Part shown: positions 23,974-35,000 of the stretch, in pieces | Position numbering within the stretch: the stretch's first letter is position 1 | How the letters are laid out: each line of letters starts with the position of its first letter | Source: Azolla caroliniana | Taxonomy: Eukaryota; Plantae; Polypodiophyta | Length of the DNA: 64,000 nucleotides | Direction of reading: 5' to 3' | NCBI GenBank assembly: GCA_043228905.1 | Contig: JBHGNT010000001.1 | Location: 18,972,001 to 19,036,000 of the forward strand | The notes under the pieces: model-generated | What the model was told of the DNA's origin: nothing | Databases searched by the model: none | The model's input: the letters and a program-made list of their open reading frames with translations, nothing else | Translations under genes and position numbers: made by a program

Positions 23974-24370
23974 CTAATTCATTTACGTCAATCAATCTTA
24001 TCAGGGTTTAATCAGTCTCGGTGTGACGAAATTTCTCTGGTGAATGCTAGTTGAGACATCAACTCTGCATAGATTTGGCTGAAACTGGAATATCCTCAAA
24101 ATAAAATATCCTATTTAAATATGATTTGTAACGATAATGAGATATTCACTTCTAACAAGGAAACTTTTTTCATCTGGATATCGGCAGCTATATGACTATA
24201 TATAATGGTATATAACCAAACGAAAAAAACTACCATTATATATAGTTATTTTTTTACTGCAACTACTACAACTCTAGGTACTGAACCCCATCAACCTAAT
24301 TGGCCAAGCCTGAATCAAGTTATCTCAACTAGAAAATCCGATAATTCTTATAATTAGTTATAGGGATATA

Positions 24371-24550
24371 CTAATCATTTGGTCCAGAAGCTTTCTCATT
24401 TGTTACGTAATAGAAGCTCTTTGAACGACTGCTCAAGATGGACTAGGCTGAGCAAAGAGCTCTTGTTGCTACATTTACTGACCCATCTCGCCACATGCGA
24501 TTATGAATTTTTGTTTTCGAACCAGAAGTGCGTTTCTTAGGTATTGCCAT
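24371..24550 (-). pseudogene. rpl32: Ribosomal protein L32 (NUPT)
   Basis: MAIPKKRTSGSKTKIHNRMWR..SKSFYY; internal TAG. Confidence 0.8.
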
Positions 24551-25384
24551 AGGTAACTTTTTTTCTTTTTCTTAAGGTTAAAGTCTATTTTTTATTCCTA
24601 GTAGGGTTAATCGTATTAATAGTATTTTGATTTAAATTGCTAACAAAAAAAAGATTTAAGAAAAATATTTTTGGGAGAATATAATGAGTCCAACCTATAT
24701 TTCTTTTCAGATGTTTCTGTATCATCCTTTCCTACTACTTTCACTTTACCTATATGCCGTTTTTATTATCCCTCCACAAAGTAGTAGTATCTCTAGAAAA
24801 AGATCGTGGTCTTTACTCAAATCTGGAATCGATGGTGTGATGGACCTATTCGAGAAGCAACGAAAAAAAGAGAATAACTAAATTTTTTTGACATTGAAGG
24901 GATTTTGGGAAATTAGCTTTATATGCAAAGCTTGCTTGGGACAATGGATAGAGCTCTGGCTCTGGGCCATCCCATCTAACCTTACCCAGGAATTAATGCT
25001 TCAAAGGGTTCTTTCGAAATGTTCAATGTAGTGTTTTTGGTATACTATTCAATTCTGGACATACATAGGTGCACCAACGAATAGATATAACTCTCTGGTT
25101 GATTTAGTGTCTTGTTTCTGAGCGGTATTTCGCCTCTATCCCTTATCCTATCCCCTATACAAAGAGCAAACTCGATCGGGCCGTTGGCATGCAATAGAGT
25201 GCTTGGCGGTAATAGTGATAATAAAAATAAATAAATAAAGTCTATGTGTATAAATTTATAACGCAAAGTGTAGAAGGAGATTTGCTAGTATATTGATTCT
25301 TTTTTTATTCCGTTGTTTTTGTTTTTTAGTTTGGGACTACTACAATGAAGAGGAGTCATGGATCTTTTTCTTATTCTAGGGACT

Positions 25385-26854
25385 TTATGATGAGTTAGTG
25401 GATCAATTTCAACAAAGAATGTTTTTTGTATTCATTTTCCTTCAAAGAGGATCGTTATTTGGTTGCTTGCAAATACGCTTTGTGCGCACCAAAGATTGAT
25501 ATAATACTTCAATCATGTAGTATTATATCATCGAAACTTATGATTGATAGAATGCGTCATCAGAATTATTACGAGATTGTTTATTCAGAATCTAATTGAA
25601 ATCAATCTAGTAGTTGGGACTTCGGGCCATACTTCCATGTCCTATCAGAAATGATATGCTTTGTTTTAGAGATTTCTTTATCGTCTTGGACAACGCCACC
25701 GACTATGAAGAAGCTTATTGTTGATTGGAAAACTTCCCGATCCATTCATTCAATATTTCTATTTCTAGAAGATAGATTGCCAAAATCCAACAATATTTTA
25801 GGTATCAAAATACCACAAAATGTTCATTCAAAAAGTTTGATTCAATTGTTTCGGAGAAGTATATAGGATGCTCCATTTCTACATATTTTGAGATTGGCTT
25901 TACATAAATATAAAAATATATATGTTAACTCTGTTTATCTTTCAAGAAACAAGGGAATAAAAAATATCGCTCGTGTACCTTGGAATTTCTACATCTCCGA
26001 GATTGATTTGACAATATTGTTCCTAAAAAACCAAGTACATGGACCACAATCGAGATCTTCTAGATCTATCGATTGGAATAGCATTACTCGGAAGGGGGGG
26101 CGATGTAGTTGGTATGAATACCAATAGTATGGGCCAAACATGCGTTTTTGCTTGAGTCGATTTTTTTTTCATTATGGAAGGTACAGAAATCATAGTATCT
26201 TGGCTATTGGGGGGACTAAATACTTTGCAAGAAAATGGATCTATTTTATTTAAACACTCCTGGAATCTCATTTTGATTCTTGTGTCAAATAGAATCAAGT
26301 TTTTTTTTGAAAGGCTATCCAAAGATTCCGTTTTTTTTTTGGGTTATAACTTGGGTTTTCAGTCAATAGTAAAGAGAGTTCGCATCAGCAATGCAGGAGG
26401 AGAACCCTACTTCAGCCTTTTTGTGACCAATCAAGTTTTTATCGAACTCCCGATTACGCTTATGGTTAAGCTTATGGCAAGAAAGAATTCATGCGACCGT
26501 GCCGGACATCCGATTAGTAAATCGGCTTGGGTTACGCTTCACGATCACGATATTTTGAATAGATTTGGACACATTTGGAGGATCCTCTTTGTTTTTTATG
26601 GTGGTTCTACAAATCGAGATGGATCGCTTAGATCAAGATATATTTTGCGATTATCATGCGATAAAACTTTGGCCTGTAAGCATAAAAGTACAACTTGTTC
26701 GTTGCAACGCAGATTTGATTTGGAAACTTTTTTAGATAATAGTGTTAAGTATGATGAGATGACGTCTAATCTATCAAATGATCCAAGATCTTGGTATTTG
26801 AACATCATTCGACCCGCCGTATCAACAATAGCAATATCGGAAATACAAAAATAG
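25385..26854 (+). pseudogene. matK: Maturase K (NUPT, disrupted)
   Basis: SRSIHSIFLFLEDR; domain X CDRAGHPISKSAW..RYILRLSCDKTLACKHKST. The start is approximate. Confidence 0.9.
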
Positions 26855-28542
26855 CTCCCCTCTCTATTGATACAATCGGAATTACCTCTCTTCTTAGTAT
26901 TAGTTGAGAAAATTGAGATGATGCAATATATCTATACATACTCATGCCTAATTATATGAATGGTTTGCAAAACATAGAGGATGCAATATATCTATACATT
27001 CTCCACATATAAAACCATATGTTTGTGGAATCACATAAAAGTGAATAGAATGTTACTTAATCATTCATGAATTTATTCTAATCATATACTATTCACGAGG
27101 AGATCCTTGTCAAGAAAAAGAAACCGAGAGGACAGAGAGAGAGAGACGGCGGCATGAGCGGGATCAACCTCCTCTTCGAAGTAGTCCTCCTCTAACAAGC
27201 AAGGATGTGTAGAATGAGCTACAAGAAGGTGGGAGAGAAGGATAGGGGCTAATGTGTGAATTTTCTTTATTTGTTTTTTACATCGATTTCTCCAATTTTC
27301 TCCATATAATCTTGAAATATTTAGGATGGCTAATTCATACTCAAACCATTGATTTTAAGAATTTGGATATAACCCTGCCTATATTATCATATTAATTATG
27401 TATTAACAATTTCTGTTCATGAATTTTCTTTGCAAGGATACCATGAAAAGTAGATCAACTGAAAGGTCTTATGGAAATATTGTCACTTGATAGATGATAA
27501 ATCGTGTTTGTGATTAAGAGGGGGAAAAGGAGGAAGATGTAGGATGTAGGAAATAATGATGCCGAAAACATGATCGGAAGTGACATTGCAATGCTAGGAA
27601 TTATTGTATTTGAGCCATATCCAATGGAAGAGTATGTTGCCCTTTGGATCTAAACCACTTTCTAAGGGTTCTTTGTTCAGTATCATATTAGTTTCTAACC
27701 TTGTTTGTATGTGTATTTGCATATGCATGTGCATGGTTGTGTTTGTATGCATGTAGAAGTGCATGCACACATGTATTTGCAACATTCTCTCTTGTCTTTT
27801 TGCTATGTTACTCTGCATATTTGCTATTTTCATTTCACAGGCAAGAACTCTTTCAGTCTTGAGAAGCGTCATGCAGATATTGTAGTGACAATTGAACAAG
27901 AGTTTGTTGTGATCTATGCAAGTTTTCATGTGACCGCAAGCTCGAATCCACATGCACTTTACTCTCAAAAAGAAAGGGGGTGCCCCAATCTAGCTTCCGA
28001 AGAGCTTATGCCATACCATTGAATCTTGACCAACCAACATTGAGGTGCACTGTTAACTCTTAGGGCCGGACAATGGCCTAACACAGGGTGTCTACGGAAG
28101 ACACTTCACCAAAGGGGTGTTACGGCAACAGGATTAGACTCAACGCTTAATCTGACTTAATTAGGTTACTTAGCAAGATCTTCCTTAATATTCACACGCG
28201 TAAGATATAACAACGAATGTAGAACGGCAATTAACACAGAGAGATAACAACACTAAGCTTTATTAATTAACCATTGTTCATTACATTGTATCCGGGCCTT
28301 TAAATAGGTTTCCGGTCTGTATTACAAAACGGTGCCATCCGCACCTGTTCGGGATCGGTCCGGATCCGGAACGCCATACTGATTCCGGTCCGTCCGTCCA
28401 CACTCATAGCTTACTTACAACCATTCCTACTAATTAAATAACTCCCCATTTCACACTCTGGACTCCTTTGCCGGCCGGGCCGGTAACACATGGCACACCC
28501 GTGGGACAGTACCTTGTACGTCGAATCCACCTCTGACCCTTG

Positions 28543-31500
28543 CTATTCTTCGTCCAAAATATCCAGAATGCTTTGTTCGAGAGTCTCCAATGGCTCATCT
28601 GGAATTGGTTGTTCTTGTTGTTGTGGTTGCTGCTGCTGTTGTTGCTGCTCTGTTGATGGCTGCTGCGACAGGTCCGTTGGTGGCTGTTGTGGCTGCTCCT
28701 CCGTTTGTTGCTCTGACACCGGCGTCTCCATCATTGCTCCCTCCGTCCTAGTGGTCTCCGGTTGACTGGTTCCGGGCTGGCCCTCGGCCGGCGACGGTTC
28801 CTCATCACTAAGGTTAATCGTTGCCGTTTCCCGTGCTTTTTCTTCCCGAACCCGGGACCGCTCGTAGCTTTCAAACTGGATTTGAGCGTCTAGCCTATCA
28901 TCGTCTAGCTGAGCTACGAGTTGTCGGACCTGCGCCAGCTGTTCATCCGCCAAGACTCGGAAGTCATCGGCCAGCTCGTCCCGTATGGCGGTGAAGTCCT
29001 CGGAAGTCAACGTGTAACAATCATCTCCTTCCTTCCGCCGGTTTGCCACGTCTGCCTGTAGTAATTGGAGTTCCGCCGCGTTTTGTGCCCACTTTGTCCA
29101 CCATCTTACGAAGCTTTCGTCAATCAAGCGTTTTGTCTGATTCAACCATGCCTGGAGGATGCACTGAATCCGGCCCGTTCCCAACTGCGATTTGGTCTCC
29201 GCAGCTTGCCGTTCCTCCTTCAATTGCTTGATGACTTTGACGTTGTCTTCCGCCTGCTCCTTGTAATGCGTCAATTGCCTTTGATATGTGCTTTGTAATT
29301 TTTGCAATACCATTGACGCTCTCTCCTTTTCTTCCTGCTGCTGCCTCTGGAGCTCCATCCGGACCTTTGTATTTTCCGCACGTTCGTCAGCGATCGCCAT
29401 CTTGACCCGATCAACTTCCTGCTGGAGCTCGGCCATCCGTTCCTTATGCTCCGTTTCTAGCCATTTGTAGTCCCGGTGTAGGTGCTCAAAATCATCTGTC
29501 TTTTGCTTGAGCCGTGCGTTGATCTGTCGACGGGCCCGGTCCTCGCGGTCCTTCTGCTGGCGGAGCTCTTCCTTTAGCCGTTCAATTTCCGTTTCCGCCG
29601 TCTTCCGCAGCTTGTCCTTTTCCTGCAGCACTTTGTCTTTTTCCTCCCTTAGCCGGTCATACGCTTGATGGCCTTTCCGGAGGCTCTCCTCTGCCCGGTG
29701 GAGGTTCTCAGCAGTCTTCTTTAATTCTGACTCAGCCGCTGTCTTCAATTCCCGTTCCCGGCTCCTTAGCGCTTCTTGTGTGGCAATTTCATCTCTCAAT
29801 TCCGCAAGCTCCTGGGCTTGCGCCGCATCTCTCTTTGTGACGGGTTCCGTTGCCGGGGTCTTATTAGTATGTACAGGTTGATCTGGTTCTTTATTCTGTA
29901 CACTTACCGGAGTCACTGGTGATTGGATCTGTGTTGTCGTTAAGGCCATTTTGGCCATCTCTGTCGTGACCTGATCCAAGTCTTTTTCGAGGCACCGGAT
30001 TCTAGACCAGGCCGTCTCTAGTTGTTCGGTTGTGACGAGCAACCGTTCGCTTTGCTCTCTTTCTTCCGACTCAATATACCCCACTACTCCGGCAATCTGT
30101 TCGCCTATCCACCGGAGCCACAGGCTACTGGTGCCATGTTGCATTTGCACGGAGGTTTGACGGATGGGCTCGCTTGTAGATGGGTGGTCCCGCCTGATTG
30201 CGCTGAGTTGCAATTCCGTTTCCGCCCGTGGACCACCCTGCTGTCCTGGTTCCCCTTGCGCTTCTTCTTGGTTGGCTGAAGGAGGTTGCATTGACCTTTC
30301 CGGCTCTGGCGGGATGGGACTTGCCGGTGTTGTCGATGGTGCAGGGGCTTCTGATTCCGGTGCTATGCGCACCGGTTCCGGTTCCTCCCTTGGCGTGGGA
30401 GTCTCAGTATGGGGAGCCGGTGTTCCCTCCGTCTGAGGTTCCGAATGTTTCCCGGCTGCCTCAACGGTCCTTACTGATGACCGTTGCTGGAGGTGCTCCG
30501 TAGGCTCCTCCTCTATTTCCTCTTCTTGAGTCCCGACATTGAGTTTTGCCGCCAAGGGGTCTGCTTCTCTATTCACCGGTCGGCGGAGTGTAACCTTTAC
30601 CCGTACCGGAGGTTCCTCCTGCGCTTCCGTTGGCCGCTTCCAGCTGGCGCTCTCCATTCCCGCCTGTTCTGCGTCCGCCGCCTTCCCCTTAGTGGCCTTA
30701 GAGGCCAACAACTGTTGTCTTTTGGAAGCAATCTTTGGGGTGCCGTCCTCCACTCTTCCCCGCTTCTTGGGTTGGACGGGTTGGACGGGTGGCACAAGTA
30801 AGGTGAGCCACTGCGTTACGGCGTGCCATATCCTCCGTCCGTCTCGGCCTTCTTTGCCATCTTTGCCTCTGACGATCTCGATCGCCGCACACAAACCGTC
30901 TGCGATCAATACCGGCCCATCCACCTTGATCCCTTCATAGGTGGCGATGATCATCCCTGCCCGGTTCTGCGGCATGACAGGGGGTCTAGGGTACACATGG
31001 CCGTATTTGTGGAGCACACGAGCAATCTCGCGGAACAACATATCTCTGCCGCCCTGTGTCCGGTAGCCCTTGCTGGCTAGGGAGTACTCACCAAAATACT
31101 TGATGAGTTGCTCCGAGGTCGGATTGTCAATCATGAGTATGCCTCCCTCTGGAAGGCCTGTTAACGCTCGAATCGCCTCCGCCGTTATGACCTCTGTGTC
31201 GATTTCTTTGATCACCTTGTCGGCTTCTTTGTGTGGCAGTACCTCCATAATCATCAAGAAGCCCTCGAGCCCGTGTTGCTTTAGCCATGTCTTGGCGGCT
31301 TCCGACAGCGTTTGCGGGTCCATGTCTGTGTCGAGGTCAGCTTGTGGTGGCGAGGTTGGCTGGTGATGGGAGTGAGAGTGAGAGAGAGAGAGTTCAGAAG
31401 GCGGGGGTTCTCTGTGTGTAGGTTCTTGTCTGATGATCTTGCAGCGCCTTGGTGCTTTTGTGCTCCTGGGTTCGCGAAAGTAGAGGGTTTCCACGCGCAG

Positions 31501-31629
31501 TGGTTTTTCTCTGTGCATTCTGGCGCCTTTTTCGAGTGTGTGCACGTCGTGTACAAAAATAGCATTATGTCCTGTGGTGGCGCTTAAATGCACACTATGT
31601 ACCTTTTCACTCCTCGCTCTCTCGTCCAT
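28543..31629 (-). CDS. Extra ORF downstream of pol: PMD-like N-terminal motif, Pro/Glu-rich linker, long coiled coil, Gln-rich tail (likely start ATG at 31323, 926 aa)
   Basis: Uninterrupted ORF; ITAEAIRALTGLPEGG motif; E/K/R/Q heptad-rich C-terminal half. Confidence 0.75.
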   Translation of the reverse strand: MDERARSEKVHSVHLSATTGHNAIFVHDVHTLEKGARMHREKPLRVETLYFREPRSTKAPRRCKIIRQEPTHREPPPSELSLSHSHSHHQPTSPPQADLDTDMDPQTLSEAAKTWLKQHGLEGFLMIMEVLPHKEADKVIKEIDTEVITAEAIRALTGLPEGGILMIDNPTSEQLIKYFGEYSLASKGYRTQGGRDMLFREIARVLHKYGHVYPRPPVMPQNRAGMIIATYEGIKVDGPVLIADGLCAAIEIVRGKDGKEGRDGRRIWHAVTQWLTLLVPPVQPVQPKKRGRVEDGTPKIASKRQQLLASKATKGKAADAEQAGMESASWKRPTEAQEEPPVRVKVTLRRPVNREADPLAAKLNVGTQEEEIEEEPTEHLQQRSSVRTVEAAGKHSEPQTEGTPAPHTETPTPREEPEPVRIAPESEAPAPSTTPASPIPPEPERSMQPPSANQEEAQGEPGQQGGPRAETELQLSAIRRDHPSTSEPIRQTSVQMQHGTSSLWLRWIGEQIAGVVGYIESEEREQSERLLVTTEQLETAWSRIRCLEKDLDQVTTEMAKMALTTTQIQSPVTPVSVQNKEPDQPVHTNKTPATEPVTKRDAAQAQELAELRDEIATQEALRSRERELKTAAESELKKTAENLHRAEESLRKGHQAYDRLREEKDKVLQEKDKLRKTAETEIERLKEELRQQKDREDRARRQINARLKQKTDDFEHLHRDYKWLETEHKERMAELQQEVDRVKMAIADERAENTKVRMELQRQQQEEKERASMVLQKLQSTYQRQLTHYKEQAEDNVKVIKQLKEERQAAETKSQLGTGRIQCILQAWLNQTKRLIDESFVRWWTKWAQNAAELQLLQADVANRRKEGDDCYTLTSEDFTAIRDELADDFRVLADEQLAQVRQLVAQLDDDRLDAQIQFESYERSRVREEKARETATINLSDEEPSPAEGQPGTSQPETTRTEGAMMETPVSEQQTEEQPQQPPTDLSQQPSTEQQQQQQQPQQQEQPIPDEPLETLEQSILDILDEE

Positions 31630-32007
31630 TCATACCTCGCTTTTGCAGGATTACTTTGTTTTTTTTTTTGTTTTTTATTATTTTTAATGAGAGTGTGAGG
31701 TTACTTGTCCGTTAGTCCTATCGGACCCTTACCGGCCTCATTACGGTTTGCCGTCGCCTCATTCTCCCTTGTTACCGGCTTGCCGTCTCCTCCGTCTTGG
31801 TGGTTGTCATTCCCCTCACAGGTTGTCGTTTCCTCACCGGTGTCGGTCCTGTGCTCAAATGGGTTTTTGGGCATTGGTCCTCTATATGGCTTCAATCGGA
31901 ATCCGTTGACCCATTTGCCTAGCACTTCGCCGGCAAGTGTCCCTAGCTGGTAGGACCCATTATACTCACGTGTCAGCCAATACGGGCCGGTCCATCTAAA
32001 CCGTAGT

Positions 32008-35000
32008 TTACCCAGCCGGCATCTTGCCCATCCGGGTCTGAAATACTAAAACCGGCTTGCCAATTGCAAACATTTTTTCATTTCCTTTCCTGTGCCAGTC
32101 GACAAATGCTTTCCGTCGCCGTTGTTCCAATTCTAAGTGCAGGATGCTTGCCAGTCGTTGTTCCTCGAGTTCACACAACGCTGTTAACCATATTGCCTTC
32201 GACTCCTTCTCGTTCAGCCTTTCCCGTAGTTGGATCCGTAAGCTGGGTACTTGGAATTCCACCGGCATTACCGCCTCTAGTCCGAACGCTAACCGGAACG
32301 GTGTTGTTCGGATGCTCGTTTTATATGCCCTCCAGTATGCCCAAAGCACGCTATGTAGCTTGGTATCCCAATCCATTCTGTTTTCGTTGACGATCTTCCG
32401 GAGGATATTCTGGAGCGTTTTGTTCGTCGATTCAGCTAACCCGTTTGCTTGCGGATAGTACGGTGTGCTCCGTTTATGGACAACGGCATAGAATATCGTC
32501 AAGCTTTCAACTACTTGGCCGAGAAAGTGTCCCCCTTGGTCGCTTATTAATTCGATTGGGCATCCGTAACGGCACCAGATGTACTCGTACAAAAATTTTG
32601 TCGTTGACGCAACGATGTTGTCTCTTAAGGCTTTGGCCTCCACCCATTTTGTGCAGTAATCCGTCGCGACGATGACGTACCGATTACCTGTTCTCATTGC
32701 CGGTGGTTTGAACAGTCCAACAAAGTCCAGCCCCCACTTCTGGAATGGCTCGAGTGGTAGTACAGGCTGGTGTGGCATACGAGCCTGCTCCGTTGGCTGG
32801 TCCATTCGCTGGCATAGGTCACATTGTTTTGCGTACTGTACCACATCTCTTAATGTCGTTGGCCACCATAGGCCACTTTGCCATTTTTTCCTGGCCGTCG
32901 CATCTCCGGCATAGTGACCTCCGGCAACTCCGAAGTGGGCTTCCCTCAGTATGAGGTCCTTTTCATCGCTGCGCACAGCCCGTCTCCATATGTCGTCCGC
33001 GCCCTTGTGGTAAAGTGTGTATTGCAGTAAGCAAAAATGTCGGCTTTGCACCGCCAGGCGTTTCCTTTCGTCCCGGTTCATCTCTTCCGGAGGCAGTCCT
33101 GTGCTCAGAAACTGGTGCATATTTGTGAGCCACTTGTCTTCCTGTGCCACCATCTCATCTGCTGCCGTTCCCGTAGTGACTCGAAACAGCTCTGCATCCG
33201 GAAACTCGTCCGCTACTCCATCACCCGTCTCTTCGGACTCTAATCGGCTTAAGTAATCCGCCACGGCATGCTGTATCCCGGGTCGGTGGAATATTTCGAA
33301 CTCGAATTCCTGTAACAGTAAGGTCCACCGGGCCAACTTACCGGTGAGTGACGCTTTGGACACCAGGTAAAGGAGTGCCGAATGATCTACATGGAAGGAA
33401 AACTTCCTTCCCAATAAATAATGCCGAAACTTTGTCACACTGTAGATCATCCCTAGAGCTTCCCGTTCCGTGGTAGAGTAGTTTCGTTCCGCTTGGGATA
33501 GCTTCCGGCTGGCATAGTACACTGGCTGGTACCACTTTGGTTCCGTAAGCGACATTAGTACGCTTCCGATTGCGATGTCGAAGGCGTCCACGAACACATG
33601 AAATTCTTTACTCCAATCCGGAGGCTGCACTACCGGTGCTTGCGACAATAGTACCTTGAGGGCCCTATACGCCCTATCCTCGGTGTCGGTCCACTGGAAT
33701 GGTGTCCGATGTACGGCGGCATGCAACGGTGTAGCCAGGTCGGCCAAGTATCGGAGCATCCGGCTGTGCCACCGAATCTGGCCTAAGAACCGGCTTAATG
33801 CCTTTGCCGTTGTTGGCGCCGGTGCTTCTAATATGGCTTTCACTTTGTCCGGGTCGACTGCAATACCTTCCTGGCTCACAATATGTCCTAATAAAGTTCC
33901 ACTGGACACGCCAAATACACACTTTGCCGGATTCAAGCTTAGCCGGTACGCTCTACACTTTTCTAGACAAAGACGGAGGTGTTGAAAATGGTCCTCCTCC
34001 CGACTATAGACGGCGAAATCGTCAAGGAAAACCTGCATAAAAGCCGGGATATATTCACCAAAGATTTCCATGATGATTCGTTGAAATGTGGACGGTGCCG
34101 TTTTGAGTCCAAACATCATCACCACGGCCACAAACACCCCCCATTCGGTGACGAAAGCCGTTTTCTCTTGGTCGTCGGGGTGCATCCGGATCTGATTATA
34201 CCCGCTGAATCCGTCTAGAAAGCTATAGAACTCATAGCCGGCGATGGCATCCAACACTCCATCTGTGGACAGAAGTGGAAATGCATCCGTTACCGTAGCC
34301 GCATTGAGTTTCCGGTAGTCCACACAAACTTGAATTTTTCCGTTCTTCTTCGTTACGACTACGATCAGGCTCAGCCATGTTGCTTTCTTTACCGGACGGA
34401 TAAAGCTAACTCTTAGTAGTTTGTCGATTTCCTCCTTGACTTCGGCGGCATAATTGGGATTCATCTGGTATCGTCTTTGTGCCACAGGTTTTGCGTCCTT
34501 GCTCAAATGAACCTGATGCTGGTATAACTGAGGGTCGAGTCCTCGCATGTCTTCGTATGACCAGGCGAACACGTCGCTAAAATCCGTGAGAAGTGTGATC
34601 ATCGCCATTTTGTCTTCGGACTTCATCTCCTTGCCGATGTGCACCGGTTTTGCTTCGTCCGTGGTCCCTAGGTTCACCTCTTCAAGTTGTGACGCTTTTA
34701 CGCACTGTGAAATGGCCATTTCCCATTCCAACGCTTCCTGCGCTTGCCGTAACTCCCGAATTGCGTCTTTATCCGGTTCTGCTTCAGCCTCTTCCGGCTG
34801 CGATAAGTATGGTGCTACTGCTTCGGCAATGTCAATTTCGAAGAGGGGTATGATCTTCGGGTTTTCCTGCAAGTACTGAGCTTCTTCTTCGTCAGCTAAC
34901 CCTTCTAGCATGTTGACGCACTCTGCGTACAACGGTGTACATTCCTTGCCAGTGCTCGTCCTTGGTTGTGTTGGTACCCGTACCTTGGCTTTTCCCCGCC

